This document shows, piece after piece, positions 10,494 through 20,878 of a stretch of DNA of 64,000 nt. The translations under genes and the position numbers were made by a program. Every line of letters starts with the position of its first letter. Positions within the stretch are counted from its first letter, which is position 1. The notes beneath the pieces are model-generated. The model had not been told where the DNA came from. It worked only from the letters and a program-made list of their open reading frames with translations, and did no database searches. This DNA comes from an uncultured delta proteobacterium (lineage in GTDB: Bacteria > Myxococcota > Myxococcia > SLRQ01). The stretch covers positions 1,600,001 through 1,664,000 of the forward strand of contig CAVSGM010000002.1 in the NCBI GenBank assembly GCA_963727485.1. The letters are read 5' to 3'.

Positions 10494-11153
10494 CTACTCG
10501 CAGACCAGGGTGAAGAAGTTCGGGTAGAGGTCGTGGCGCGTGACCTTCACGAAGCCGGCGGCCTTCAGCTCGGCGGTGGCCACGTCCACCGGCACCCGGA
10601 TCTCCAGCGGCGGGCCGTGCTCCGGGTCGCCCTCCGGGTCCCAGTCGCAGATCACGAAGTGGCCCCCGGCCTTCACCGTCCGGCGGACCCCGGCGAGGTA
10701 GCCAGGCCGGTCCTCGAGCTCGTGGAGGAAGTTGACCATGATGGCCGCGTCGAAGGCGTCCTCGGGGGTGGGGAGGCGCTCGGCGTCGTCCCGGGGGACC
10801 TCGAAGGTGTCCACCCGGCCGAAGACCCCGCGCTCGAGGGCCCGGCCCACCAGCACCCCGAGCATCCGCGGCTCCACGTCGAGGCCGGTGACCTTCGCCT
10901 CGGGCAGGGCGTCGAGGAGCGGCAGGGCGAAGTAGCCGGTCCCGACGCCGATGTCGAGGATGGCTCCCGGCTTCGCCTCGGCCACCAGCGCCACCAGCTT
11001 GTCCGCGGGCTGGCGGGCCTGGCGCTCGGGGGAGTCGAGGCGGTCCATCTTGTGGAAGGGGAAGCGCTTGCCGGCGCCGGGGCCGTGGCCGAGGTCGGCT
11101 CCCTCGCCGTGGTCGTGGTGGTGTCCGTGGGGGTGGTCGTGCCCGTGGGCCAT
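10494..11153 (-). CDS. Class I SAM-dependent methyltransferase with His-rich N-terminus
   Basis: ILDIGVGTG motif [21 protein letters not shown]; start moved to ATG 11153, which has a GGAG RBS. Confidence 0.85.
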   Translation of the reverse strand: MAHGHDHPHGHHHDHGEGADLGHGPGAGKRFPFHKMDRLDSPERQARQPADKLVALVAEAKPGAILDIGVGTGYFALPLLDALPEAKVTGLDVEPRMLGVLVGRALERGVFGRVDTFEVPRDDAERLPTPEDAFDAAIMVNFLHELEDRPGYLAGVRRTVKAGGHFVICDWDPEGDPEHGPPLEIRVPVDVATAELKAAGFVKVTRHDLYPNFFTLVCE

Positions 11154-11245
11154 GGTGGGTCTCCCGTTGGGGGTTTTCCTTCGAATAGGCCCGGGGCGTC
11201 CCGGGCGCCACACGATCGTCACCGGGCCGTGCCTAGGCTCCGGCC

Positions 11246-12331
11246 ATGCCCTCTTCGCGCCTGCCGGTCCGCGACCGGCTGCTCACCCTCTGGATCTTCC
11301 TCGCCATGGGCGTCGGCATCGCCCTGGGCCACCTGGCCCCGGCGGTGCCCCGCGCCATCGAGCGCCTCCAGGTCGGCACCACCTCGCTGCCCATCGCCGT
11401 GGGCCTGGTGCTGATGATGTTCCCGCCCCTGGCCAAGGTCCGCTACGGGGCGCTGGGCCGGGTGTTCCGCGACGTCAAGGTCCTCACCCTGTCGCTGGTC
11501 CAGAACTGGATCGTGGGGCCGTGGCTGATGTTCGGGCTGGCCATCCTCTTCCTCCGCGACAAGCCCCAGTACATGGTCGGCCTCATCCTCATCGGCCTGG
11601 CGCGGTGCATCGCCATGGTCGTGGTCTGGAACGACCTCGCCAAGGGCGATCGGGACTACGCCGCGGGCCTGGTGGCCTTCAACGCCGTGTTCCAGGTGCT
11701 CTTCTTCTCGGTCTACGCGTACTTCTTCGCCAAGGTGCTGCCCGGGTGGCTGGGGCTCGCCACCGCCGAGGTCCACGTGACCATGGGCGAGATCGCGAAG
11801 AGCGTGGCCATCTACCTGGGCATCCCCTTCGCCGCGGGCCTTCTGGCGAGCACGGTGCTCCGCCGCCTCAAGGGCGACGACTGGTACCAGACCCGCTTCG
11901 TGCCGCGGGTCTCGCCTGTCACCCTCTGGGCGCTCCTGTTCACCATCGTGGTGATGTTCGCCCTCAAGGGCGACGCCCTCCTCGCCCTGCCCCTCGACGT
12001 GCTGCGGGTGGCGGCGCCGCTCACCCTCTACTTCGTGGTGATGTTCTTCGTCTCGTTCTGGATGAGCCACCGGCTGCGCGCCGGCTACGCCCGGTCGGCG
12101 ACCCTCTCGTTCACCGCGGCGTCGAACAACTTCGAGCTGGCGCTGGCGGTGGCCATCGGCACCTTCGGCATCCACAGCGGCGTCGCCTTCGCCGCGATCA
12201 TCGGGCCGTTGGTGGAGGTGCCGGTGCTCATCAGCCTGGTCAACGTCTCGCTGTGGATCGGCCGGCGCTACTTCCCGGACACCAAGGTGGACTACGTGGC
12301 GCCGCCCTGCGCCGACGAGGTGCGCCCGTGA
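11246..12331 (+). CDS. acr3: ACR3 family arsenite efflux transporter
   Basis: [52 protein letters not shown]. Confidence 0.95.
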   Translation: MPSSRLPVRDRLLTLWIFLAMGVGIALGHLAPAVPRAIERLQVGTTSLPIAVGLVLMMFPPLAKVRYGALGRVFRDVKVLTLSLVQNWIVGPWLMFGLAILFLRDKPQYMVGLILIGLARCIAMVVVWNDLAKGDRDYAAGLVAFNAVFQVLFFSVYAYFFAKVLPGWLGLATAEVHVTMGEIAKSVAIYLGIPFAAGLLASTVLRRLKGDDWYQTRFVPRVSPVTLWALLFTIVVMFALKGDALLALPLDVLRVAAPLTLYFVVMFFVSFWMSHRLRAGYARSATLSFTAASNNFELALAVAIGTFGIHSGVAFAAIIGPLVEVPVLISLVNVSLWIGRRYFPDTKVDYVAPPCADEVRP

Positions 12332-12743
12332 CCGGGCGCCGCCCCGGGATCCTCTTCCTCTGCGTCGCCAACTCGGCCCGCAGCCAGATGGCCGAGGGCC
12401 TCGCCCGGGCCCGCTTCGGCCAGAAGGTCCGGGCGATGAGCGCCGGCTCCAAGCCCGCCCGGGTGCGCCCGGAGGCGGTGCAGGTGATGATGGAGCTGGG
12501 CCTCGACATCTCGACCCAGCGGCCCAAGTCCGTGGACGCCATCGACCCCAAGGACGTGGACGTGGTGATCACCCTGTGCGCCGAGGAGGTGTGCCCCACC
12601 TGGCTCGCGCGACGGCGCGGCGGATCCACTGGCCCATCGACGATCCCGCCGGGGACACCGAGGCGCCGGTGGCCGAGCGCCTCGAGCGGTTCCGCGCCGC
12701 CCGGGACGCCATCGCCCAGCGGCTGGCGGAGCTCGCCCTCTAG
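12328..12743 (+). CDS. arsC: Thioredoxin-type (LMW-PTP fold) arsenate reductase; one frameshift near 12610
   Basis: [16 protein letters not shown]-loop, ITLC..CP; continues as [16 protein letters not shown] in the shifted frame to TAG 12741-12743; GTGA overlap with acr3. Confidence 0.88.
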
Positions 12744-12746
12744 CCC

Positions 12747-13775
12747 TCAGTGCCCGTGCCCGGCGCCCCCGGCCTGCGCCCCGCACACGCTGCCGCCGAT
12801 CTGGTGGAGCTCGTCCGCCGCCCGGTGGTCCACCTGGAGGGTGGTGTGGTCGATGCCGAAGCGCTCGTGGAGCATCTGGGCGACGGCCTGGCGCACCGCG
12901 TGGCAGTCGGCCTCGGGGGAGACCAGCACGTGGGCGGTGAGCGCCGGGAAGCCGCTGGTGATCTCCCACACGTGGAGGTCGTGGACCTCGGCGACCCCCG
13001 GGACCGCGACGCTGGCGGTCCCGATGGCCTCCACCTCGAGGCCCGCCGGCGCCGCCTCCAGGAGCACCCGCCCCGACTCGCGCAGGAGGCCGAGGCCCGA
13101 GCGGAACATCAGCCCCGCCACCACCAGGGAGACGATGGGGTCGGCGGCGTTGAACCCGGTGAGGAGGATGATCCCGGCGGCGAGGGCGGTGCCGATGAAG
13201 GCGTAGAGGTCGGTGAGGATGTGCTGGAAGCTCCCCTCGACGTTGAGCGACTGCCGCGAGGCCTTGGCCAGCTGCCAGGTGGCGAGGAGGTTGACCCCGA
13301 CGCCCACCAGGGCCACCACCAGCATCGGCCAGGCGTGGACCGATGGCGGGTGGAGCAACCGGTCGACGGCCTCCCACACCACCAGGAGCGCGATGGCGAA
13401 GAGGGTGGCGCCGTTGAGCTGGGCGGAGAGGATCTCGGCGCGCTTGAAGCCGAAGGTCAGCCGGCCCTTTGGGGGGCGCGCGGCGAGGCGCAGGGCGACC
13501 AGCGAGAGCCCGATGGCCGCGGCGTCGGTGAGCATGTGCCCGGCGTCGGCGAGCAGCGCCAGGGAGTGGCTGAGGATCCCGGCGACCACCTCGCCGGCCA
13601 TGTAGGCGAGGATGAGCGCGAGCGCGATGGCCAGGCGCTTGCGGTCGGTGTTGGCGTCGATGGGCGGGTGGGCGTGCCCATGGTCGTGGTCGTGACCCGC
13701 GTGGTCGTGGGCGTGACCGGCGGGGCCGGGGTCGTCGCCGGGGCCGCGGGGGGGTGCGTGGGTCGCCGAGGGCAT
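12747..13775 (-). CDS. czcD: Cation diffusion facilitator (Zn/Co/Cd efflux)
   Basis: His-rich N-terminus, [45 protein letters not shown]. Confidence 0.92.
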   Translation of the reverse strand: MPSATHAPPRGPGDDPGPAGHAHDHAGHDHDHGHAHPPIDANTDRKRLAIALALILAYMAGEVVAGILSHSLALLADAGHMLTDAAAIGLSLVALRLAARPPKGRLTFGFKRAEILSAQLNGATLFAIALLVVWEAVDRLLHPPSVHAWPMLVVALVGVGVNLLATWQLAKASRQSLNVEGSFQHILTDLYAFIGTALAAGIILLTGFNAADPIVSLVVAGLMFRSGLGLLRESGRVLLEAAPAGLEVEAIGTASVAVPGVAEVHDLHVWEITSGFPALTAHVLVSPEADCHAVRQAVAQMLHERFGIDHTTLQVDHRAADELHQIGGSVCGAQAGGAGHGH

Positions 13776-13792
13776 CGGGGGTTCCGGCTGGA

Positions 13793-14128
13793 TCAGGCGG
13801 TGTGGGCCACGTGCTCGAGGGCGAAGTCGAAGAGGCGTCGCACGTGGCTGTCGTCGAGGGCGTAGTAGACGTGGCGCCCGTCCTTGCGGAAGCGCACCAG
13901 GCGCAGGTGCCGCAGGGTGCGCAGCTGGTGGGAGACCGCGGACTGCTGCATCTCCAGGTGCTCGGTGAGCTCGTGGACGCAGCGCTCGCCGTCGAGGAGC
14001 GCGGCGATGAGCCGCAGCCGCGTGGGGTCGGCCAGCGCCTTGAACACCGCCGCCAGCTCCCCGGCGGTCTTCGGGTCGAGGCCGGCGTCGTCCCCGGCGC
14101 CGTGGGTGCGTCTGCGTGCCACCGCCAT
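13793..14128 (-). CDS. ArsR/SmtB-family metal-sensing repressor (CzrA/SmtB alpha5 type)
   Basis: FKALADPTRL, ERCVHEL, SAVSHQL HTH; alpha5 ligands D-x-H-x10-H-x2-H (DSHVRRLFDFALEHVAH). Confidence 0.92.
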   Translation of the reverse strand: MAVARRRTHGAGDDAGLDPKTAGELAAVFKALADPTRLRLIAALLDGERCVHELTEHLEMQQSAVSHQLRTLRHLRLVRFRKDGRHVYYALDDSHVRRLFDFALEHVAHTA

Positions 14129-14136
14129 GGCCCAGG

Positions 14137-14164
14137 ATCATATGAACATGCGCTCATGAGTCAA
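14137..14164 (-). promoter_or_regulatory. Sigma70-type promoter with an overlapping SmtB/CzrA-type operator
   Basis: Minus strand TTGACT-N16-TATGAT, 8 nt before the ATG; ATATGAACATGCGCTCATGA (14140-14159) resembles the TGAACA-..-TCA operator core. Confidence 0.75.
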
Positions 14165-14280
14165 GCCCCGCCCGCGCGGTCGCGGCGCGAGGTGGTGGGT
14201 CCGTCCCGGCGCCGCCGCCGGGGCCGTGACCGGCCCGTCCCCCTGTGCTCTACTCGCCCGCCCCCGCCGGAGGATCGACC

Positions 14281-14967
14281 ATGACCAAGCCCGCCGCCGT
14301 CCTCGCCGCCTGCGCCCTCGCCCTCGCCGGCTGCACCCACGCGGTGCCCCGGAAGGCCAGCGCCAAGGGCATCCCGGTGCCCACCACGCCCCCGGCCGCG
14401 GCGCTCCTCCACCCGGCCCAGGCGACGGCCACCGCCCCGGCCACCTACCGGGTCCGCTTCGAGACCAGCCGCGGGCCCTTCGTGGTCAAGGTCACCCGGG
14501 CCTGGGCCCCGCGGGGCGCCGACCGCCTCTACCAGCTGGTGAAGCTGGGCTTCTTCACCGACGTGGTCTTCTTCCGGGTCCTCGACGGGTTCATGGCCCA
14601 GTTCGGCTTCTCGCCCTACCCCTCGGTGAACCGGGCCTGGGACCAGGCCCAGCTCCAGGACGATCCGGTGACCCAGTCGAACACCCGGGGCCGGGTCACC
14701 TTCGCCACCGCCGGCCCCGACACCCGCACCACCCAGCTCTTCGTGAACACCGCCGACAACGCCCGCCTCGACAAGCGCGGCTTCGCCCCGGTGGGCCAGG
14801 TGGTCACCGGGATGAAGGTCGTCGACTCCCTCTACTCGGGCTACGGCGAGGGGGCGCCCCAGGGCAACGGCCCGGCCCAGCCCCTCATCGAGGCCCAGGG
14901 CAACAGCTACCTCGCCCGGCGCTTCCCCAAGCTCGACTGGATCGAGAAGGCGACGATCGTCCCCTAG
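14281..14967 (+). CDS. Cyclophilin-type peptidyl-prolyl isomerase, lipoprotein
   Basis: LAGC lipobox; FFRVLDGFMAQFG, TFATAGPDTRTTQLFVN, FAPVGQVVTGM; GGAGG RBS. Confidence 0.92.
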   Translation: MTKPAAVLAACALALAGCTHAVPRKASAKGIPVPTTPPAAALLHPAQATATAPATYRVRFETSRGPFVVKVTRAWAPRGADRLYQLVKLGFFTDVVFFRVLDGFMAQFGFSPYPSVNRAWDQAQLQDDPVTQSNTRGRVTFATAGPDTRTTQLFVNTADNARLDKRGFAPVGQVVTGMKVVDSLYSGYGEGAPQGNGPAQPLIEAQGNSYLARRFPKLDWIEKATIVP

Positions 14968-14985
14968 GTCGGCGCGGGGAGGGTG

Positions 14986-15459
14986 TCAGCGCCCCTCGGG
15001 GAGGGTGTCGAGGTCGTCGAGGAGCATCTGGCGCTCCTCGGGATCGGCGAGGCTCCGGGCGACGCGCTCGGCCTCCCGGCGCTGGGCCGCGGCACCCTCG
15101 GCGTTGCCCGCGACCGCCTCGGCCCGGGCCAGGGCCTCGTGGGCGGCGCCGGCGTAGTAGGGCGGCACCCCGTCAGCGCCGGCGGCGTCGAGGGCGAGGG
15201 CGCCGTAGCGCAGGGCCTCGGGCGCCCGGCCGAGGAGGGCGTAGACCCGCGAGGCCTGCCAGTGGGCGACGGACGCCTGCTGGGGGCCGTAGTCGGGGCG
15301 GCGGGTCCAGTGGAAGTGGGACGCCAGGGCGAGGCGGACCATCTCCTCGTCCTCGGCGAGGGTCCGGTCGGTCTTGTCGATGAGCGCCCAGCACCGGTTG
15401 AAGCAGTCGGCGGAGAGGAACCGGTGGGCGGCGGTGAGGTCGAGGGCGTTCTTGGGCAT
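14986..15459 (-). CDS. Conserved-looking helical hypothetical protein
   Basis: MPKNALDL..CFNRCWALI..ASHFHW..WQASRVYA..HEALARA; GC3-biased frame, GGAGG RBS. Confidence 0.7.
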   Translation of the reverse strand: MPKNALDLTAAHRFLSADCFNRCWALIDKTDRTLAEDEEMVRLALASHFHWTRRPDYGPQQASVAHWQASRVYALLGRAPEALRYGALALDAAGADGVPPYYAGAAHEALARAEAVAGNAEGAAAQRREAERVARSLADPEERQMLLDDLDTLPEGR

Positions 15460-15493
15460 GGCGTGGGCCTCCGGAGGGGGGCGGGCGGCGAGG

Positions 15494-16663
15494 TCAGTGC
15501 CCCTGGAGCCGGGCCCGGGCGCGGGCGGCGGCCTGGGCGGGATTGCACTTGAGCCCGAGGATCCCCCCGAGGCCCGAGGCCTTCTGGGCCTTGGCGTCGG
15601 CGAGGTCGTCGAGGAGGCTCTCGCCGGCCGGGTCGCCGATCTCGCCCACCGCCCGGGCCACCTGGACCTTGGTGCCGCAGCTCCCGTGCTCGGCGAGGTC
15701 CCGGAGGGCGTCGAGGGCGTCGCCGGCCCGGCCTGGATTGCGCGCGGCGGCATCGACGTAGTCGGCCACCGCGTCGCCGTCGCGGCCCCGGGCGGCCATG
15801 AGCCGGCCCATCTCCAGGCTCCGCTCGGCGCCGTCGGGCAGGGCGCCGATGACCTTGGCCGCCTGGTCGAGCTTCCCGTCCTCGATGAGGCGGACGCCCT
15901 GGGGGGCCCGGAGGTGGAAGAAGAGGGCGGCGACCCCGGAGACCAGCGCCGCGCCCACCAGGATGGGCCCCAGGCGCCGAAGGTCGGGGAGCGATCGGCG
16001 CTTGGGGAGGAGCTCGGTGAACCGGGCGGTGCCCGAGGGGGCGTCGAGGTCGGCGAGGCTCGCAGGCGGCAGGGCGACCCGGCCGAGCGCCAGGCCCCCG
16101 AAGGGGAGGTCGCCCACCTCGGCGTCCGGCGCCTCCGCCCGCACCCGGTAGGGCGCATGCGGCACCCGGTAGAGGTTCACCGCCTCGGCGACGCCCTTGA
16201 GGGTCACCGGCCCCAGCGCCTCCACCGGCACCTCGGCCCGGTTCATCACCAGGTACACCGCCTCCGAGAAGGTCACCTCCCCGGCGTCGGCGACCCCCTC
16301 GATGCGCGAGGCCACGTTCACCGGCTCGCCGAAGACGTCGTGGCGCTCCACCCGCACCTCGCCGAGGTGGACCACCACCCGCACCCGCAGCCGGTCGGCC
16401 TCGGGGGCCGAGGCGTTGAAGGCGTGGAGGCGATCCTGGATGGCGGTGCCGCAGAGCACCGCCTGGGTCGGCGCGGTGAAGGTCACCAGGTAGGCGTCGC
16501 CGATGCTCTTGCGCACCACGCCGCCAAAGGCCCGGAACACCGGCACCAGCAGCCGCTCGTGGAGGTGGAGCAGGCGCTCGTTCTCCGCGTGGGTCTGGTG
16601 GCTGGTGCGCTCGGTGAAGCCCTGGATGTCGGTGAAGACGATGGCGAGGTTTTCGGTGCGCAC
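15494..16663 (-). CDS. Class III adenylate cyclase with TM helix and C-terminal helical-repeat domain
   Basis: FTDIQGFT, KSIGDAY, DVFGEPVNVASRIE: metal-binding Asp pair, ATP-specifying K/D and N/R all present. Confidence 0.88.
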   Translation of the reverse strand: MRTENLAIVFTDIQGFTERTSHQTHAENERLLHLHERLLVPVFRAFGGVVRKSIGDAYLVTFTAPTQAVLCGTAIQDRLHAFNASAPEADRLRVRVVVHLGEVRVERHDVFGEPVNVASRIEGVADAGEVTFSEAVYLVMNRAEVPVEALGPVTLKGVAEAVNLYRVPHAPYRVRAEAPDAEVGDLPFGGLALGRVALPPASLADLDAPSGTARFTELLPKRRSLPDLRRLGPILVGAALVSGVAALFFHLRAPQGVRLIEDGKLDQAAKVIGALPDGAERSLEMGRLMAARGRDGDAVADYVDAAARNPGRAGDALDALRDLAEHGSCGTKVQVARAVGEIGDPAGESLLDDLADAKAQKASGLGGILGLKCNPAQAAARARARLQGH

Positions 16664-16732
16664 GGCGCGGCGGAGTCTACCACCGCGTCCACTGGCGTTG
16701 CGTGGCCCCGGGGCCCTTGCTACACAGCGGCC

Positions 16733-17710
16733 ATGAAGGTCCTGGTCACCGGCGCCACCGGCTTCCTCGGTTCCCACGTCGTCGAGATCCTCCGCGAGGC
16801 GGGCCACGACGCCCGGGCGCTGGTCCGCCGCACCAGCGACACCCGGCACCTCGACGCGCTGGGGGTGGAGAAGGTCGTCGCCTCCCTGGAGACCGGCGCC
16901 GGTCTCGACGAGGCGGTCGCCGGCGCCGACGCGGTGGTCCACTCCGCGGGCCTGGTCAAGGCCCGCAGCCCCGCCGAGTTCCACGAGGTCAACGCCACCG
17001 GCACCAAGAACCTGGTCGACGCGGCCCGGCGCGCCGGGGGGATGAAGCGCTTCGTCTACATCTCCAGCCTCGAGGCCCACGGCCCCAGCCCCGACGGCAA
17101 GCCCCGCCCCGCCGACGCCGAGGCGCGGCCGGTGACCCACTACGGCAAGAGCAAGCTCGCCGGCGAGGACGCGGTCCGCGCCGCCGCGGACGCGCTCCCG
17201 GTGACCATCCTCCGGCCCACGGGCATCTACGGCCCCCGCGACCGGGAGATGCTGGCGTTCTTCAAGAGCGTCAAGCGCGGGCTGGCGCCGATGGTGGGCA
17301 CCGCCGAGAGCCGGGTGACCCTGGTCTACGGCCCCGACGCCGCCCAGGCGGTCTACCGGGCGCTCACCGAGGACCACGAGAGCGGGCGCACCTACTTCGT
17401 CGAGGACGGGCGGGTCTACAGCCTCGCGGACATGGGGCAGATGGCCATGGACGCCCTCGGGTCCCGGGCGCTCGCGGTGCCCCTGCCGAAGGCGGTGCTG
17501 AAGGCGGCGGCGGTGGCCACCGAGCTCTACGGCCGGGCCACCGGCCAGGCGGTGATGCTCACCCGCGACAAGCTCAACATGCTCACCGCGCCCTACCTGG
17601 TGTGCTCCGCCGAGGACCTCCGCGACGAGCTCGGCTGGCAGCCCGAGGTCGACTTCGCCGAGGGGGCGCGGCGCACCGTGGCGTGGTACCGCGGCCACGG
17701 CTGGCTCTAG
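16733..17710 (+). CDS. NAD-dependent epimerase/dehydratase (extended SDR)
   Basis: TGATGFLG, YISS, YGKSK, RPTGIYGP. Confidence 0.92.
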   Translation: MKVLVTGATGFLGSHVVEILREAGHDARALVRRTSDTRHLDALGVEKVVASLETGAGLDEAVAGADAVVHSAGLVKARSPAEFHEVNATGTKNLVDAARRAGGMKRFVYISSLEAHGPSPDGKPRPADAEARPVTHYGKSKLAGEDAVRAAADALPVTILRPTGIYGPRDREMLAFFKSVKRGLAPMVGTAESRVTLVYGPDAAQAVYRALTEDHESGRTYFVEDGRVYSLADMGQMAMDALGSRALAVPLPKAVLKAAAVATELYGRATGQAVMLTRDKLNMLTAPYLVCSAEDLRDELGWQPEVDFAEGARRTVAWYRGHGWL

Positions 17711-17747
17711 CCCGCGCGCCGCGCGCGGCGACAGCGAGGATCCATAG

Positions 17748-18834
17748 ATGAGCGAGCGCGTCACCTTCGAAGGCGCGGACGGCACCGAGCGCGTCGCCCG
17801 CATCGACCGGCCCCCGAGCCAGCCCGCCGCCTGGGCGATCTTCGCCCACTGCCTCGCCGGCGGCGCCGACCTCGAGGCCGCGGCCTGGGTGAGCGAGGCC
17901 CTCAAGGAGCGCGGCATCGCGGTGCTCCGCTTCGACTACACCGGCGCCGGCGAGAGCGCCGCCGAGGCCACCGATGCCTGCCGCCCCGGCGATCTCCTCG
18001 CCGCCGCCGGGTGGCTCCGGACCAACGAGACCGCGCCGCGGCTCCTGGTCGGTCACGGCAACGGCGGGGCGGCGGTCCTCGCCCGGGCCGCCGAGCTCCC
18101 GGAGGTCGAGGCGGTGGCCACCCTCGGGGCGCCGGCCACCGAGGACGGCGCTCGCCGGCGCCGCGAAGCTCGGCCGCCGGGCCCTGGTGCTGATGCACGC
18201 GCCCCTCGACGAGGTGGTCGCCGTCGACGACGCCCGGAGGCTCTACGAGGCGGCGCGCCACCCCAAGAGCTTCGTCTCCCTCGACGGCGCCGACCACCGC
18301 CTCACCGGCGAGGGCGACGCCCGCTACGCCGCCGAGCTCATCGCCACCTGGGCCGCCCGCTACCTCTCGGTCCCCTTGGGCGAGCCCTTGCCCGAGCCCG
18401 GCCGCGGCGAGGTCATCGTCGAGGGCGGCGAGGCCGGCTACGCCAACCGGGTGCGCACCCCCGACCACCAGCTCCTCTCCGACGAGCCGAGGCACGTCGC
18501 CGGGGGCACCGGCACCGGCCCCAACCCCTACGACCTCCTGCTCGCGGGCCTGGGGAGCTGCACCTCCATGACCCTCAAGATGTACGCCGACCGCAAGGGC
18601 TGGCCCCTGGAGCGGGTGCGGGTGCGCCTCTCGCACCAGAAGATCCACGCCGCCGACTGCGCCGACTGCGAGACCGAGAACGGCAAGATCGACGAGATCC
18701 AGCGGGAGATCACCGTGTGGGGCGACCTCGACGAGGCCCAGCGGGCGCGGCTCCTGGAGATCGCCGACCGGTGCCCGGTGCACCGGACCCTCTCGGGCGA
18801 GATCAAGATCCGGTCGAGGCTCGCCGCGCCCTGA
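17748..18834 (+). CDS. Alpha/beta-hydrolase-like domain fused to OsmC; frameshift near 18148
   Basis: AIFAHC, LRFDYTG; after the shift HPKSFVSLDGADH, GPNPYDLLLAGLGSCTSMT, ADRCPVHRTL. Confidence 0.85.
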
Positions 18835-18922
18835 TCCCGGGCCCCGATCGGGCCCGCGGCGGACCCTGGGGCGCGCAGGATTTCCCGTGACGCCACAGCG
18901 ATATTCTCGCTATGGTGCCACC

Positions 18923-19684
18923 ATGCGTCCCTTGTCCTCGATTGGACCCCGGAGCCCCGTGGCCCCTGCCGGGTGGCTGGTGTCCCTGGCCCTGGCGGCC
19001 CTCCTCGGCCTCGCCGGATGCTCCTCCACGGCGGCGGCCGGTGACCACGACGGCGGAGGCGCGGGTGACGCGGGGCAGGTGACCGGCACCGACGGCGGCA
19101 CCAGCGACGGCGGCGTGACCGATGGCGGCAGCCCCGACGGCGGCGCCAGCGACGGCGGTCTGGCCTGCAACCCGGGCGATCCGCCGGCGGCCTGCGGGGT
19201 CACGGGGAGCACCTGCACCCAGAGCTGCCTCGCCGACGGCACCCTCGGCCCCTGCCAGCCGGCGAGCGGGCCCATCGACACAAAGACCGATGCCGACAAC
19301 TGCGGCCAGTGTGGCAACGCCTGCCCCCAGATGATCCACGCGCCGCCGGCCTGCCACGCCGGCGTCTGCGGCCGCGGGCCCTGCATCCCCGGCTGGTACG
19401 ACCTCAACGGCACCGGCTGTGTGTGGCAGTGCGATGGCCAGTCCTGCACCTCCACCACCGGCCAGCGGGTGCCGGTGAACACCAACCCCCTCCCCGAGTC
19501 GGGCCTGGTCTTCGAGGGCGCGGTCAGCAGCAGCAGCTGGGGCGCGGCCGTGGAGACCAGCGCCAACTACACCAACATCGGCGCCCTGGGCGAGCCCACC
19601 CCTCCCGGGGCCGGCAGCTCCACCCGGCAGACCAGCGCCAGCTACGTCAACATCGGAGGCCTCGATGCGATCGATCCCCCCTAG
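18923..19684 (+). CDS. Cys-rich lipoprotein of myxobacterial type
   Basis: LAGC lipobox, DGG repeats, TDADNCGQCGNAC Cys-repeat, C-terminal duplicated S-x-x-Y-x-NIG motif. Confidence 0.75.
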   Translation: MRPLSSIGPRSPVAPAGWLVSLALAALLGLAGCSSTAAAGDHDGGGAGDAGQVTGTDGGTSDGGVTDGGSPDGGASDGGLACNPGDPPAACGVTGSTCTQSCLADGTLGPCQPASGPIDTKTDADNCGQCGNACPQMIHAPPACHAGVCGRGPCIPGWYDLNGTGCVWQCDGQSCTSTTGQRVPVNTNPLPESGLVFEGAVSSSSWGAAVETSANYTNIGALGEPTPPGAGSSTRQTSASYVNIGGLDAIDPP

Positions 19685-20861
19685 CGCGGCGGTCCGCCGC
19701 CTCGTCCCCACCCTCGTGGCCCTCGCCCTGGCCGGGATGCCCGCCTTTGCAAAGGCCCAGGTCCCCTCCGAGCTCGGCTACCAGGGGCGGCTGCTGAAGG
19801 CCGACGGGACGCCGGTGACCGGGGTCCAGCAGCTCACCTTCAGCCTCTACGACGCCACCACCGGGGGCACTGCCCTGTGGACCGAGACCGACGGGGTCCC
19901 GCTCACCCGGGGCTTCTACTCGGTGCTGCTGGGCAAGACCACGGCCTTCCCGGCCGGGCTCTTCGACGGGCGGGTGCTCTACCTCGAGGTGGCGGTGGGC
20001 AGCGAGACGCTCACCCCGCGCCAGGAGGTGGGCTCGGTCGCCTACGCGATGATGGCGAACACCGCCCGCAACGTCGCCGGGGGCAGCGTCGACGCCTCGT
20101 CGATCTCGGTGAACGGGAGCACGGTCATCGACGGCAGCGGCAAGCTCGCCGGGAGCGCGGCGCTGACCGCGGGCCCGGGGATCGACATCTCCGGGGGCCA
20201 GGTGGGCCTGGTCGGGACCTGCGCGGCGGGGCAGGTGCTCAAGTGGGACGGCACCACCTGGGGCTGCGCCGCCGACGACAACAACCTCGGGGGGCTCTCG
20301 TGCGCCAGCGGCCAGGTGGCCAAGTACGACGGCGCCAACTGGATCTGCGCCACCGACCAGGTCAACACCTACACCGCCGGGGACGGGCTGGCGCTGACCG
20401 GGACCACCTTCTCGCTCCTGCCCGGGTGCGCCGCCGGGCAGGTGGCCAAGTACGACGGCACCGCCTGGGCCTGCGGGGCGGACACCAACACCACGTACAC
20501 CGCCGGGGACGGGCTGGCGCTGACCGGGACCACCTTCTCGCTGCTCCCCGGCTGCGCCGCCGGGCAGGTGCCCAAGTGGAACGGCACCAAGTGGGCCTGC
20601 GCCGCCGACGCCAACACCACCTACGCCGCGGGCACCGACCTCACGATCTCGGGGACCACGTTCAACGTGACCGCCGGCAGGCTGATCTACCTGCAGGACG
20701 TGGCCTGCACCAACCCAGGGGTCCTCACCACCACGGCGACCTGCCTCACGCTTCGCTGCGGCACCACGACCCCGGTGAGATACCGCCCCTGTGGCGGCGG
20801 CACTTGCGCCTACACCCACCCGACCTGCAACAACAAGGCCCTCGGTCACCTGCTCCCCTAG
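19665..20861 (+). CDS. Secreted tail-fibre-like protein
   Basis: Signal peptide, YQGRL..FSLYD..LWTE..LYLEVAV..PRQ..SVAYA domain, 42-aa Cys repeats, Cys-rich C-terminal tip. Confidence 0.72.
   Translation: MRSIPPSAAVRRLVPTLVALALAGMPAFAKAQVPSELGYQGRLLKADGTPVTGVQQLTFSLYDATTGGTALWTETDGVPLTRGFYSVLLGKTTAFPAGLFDGRVLYLEVAVGSETLTPRQEVGSVAYAMMANTARNVAGGSVDASSISVNGSTVIDGSGKLAGSAALTAGPGIDISGGQVGLVGTCAAGQVLKWDGTTWGCAADDNNLGGLSCASGQVAKYDGANWICATDQVNTYTAGDGLALTGTTFSLLPGCAAGQVAKYDGTAWACGADTNTTYTAGDGLALTGTTFSLLPGCAAGQVPKWNGTKWACAADANTTYAAGTDLTISGTTFNVTAGRLIYLQDVACTNPGVLTTTATCLTLRCGTTTPVRYRPCGGGTCAYTHPTCNNKALGHLLP
20220..20670 (+). repeat. Intragenic 126-bp (42-aa) tandem repeat, three copies plus one partial
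   Basis: Units start at 20301, 20427 and 20553 (C-x-x-GQV-x-K-[YW]-x-G-x-x-W-x-C..TY-x-AG..); partial unit at 20220. Confidence 0.9.
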
Positions 20862-20878
20862 GCCAGGCGGCCTGCAGC

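Noticed and set aside
10494..11153. arsM call
   Set aside because: Lacks the multiple conserved cysteines of ArsM
16733..17710. SDR as the ketosphingoid reductase of the PKS cluster
   Set aside because: About 16 kb away and a generic family; no sequence support for the link
20220..20670. Regular repeats as a possible CRISPR array (also 32972-33121)
   Set aside because: In-frame coding repeats with no unique spacers and no cas genes
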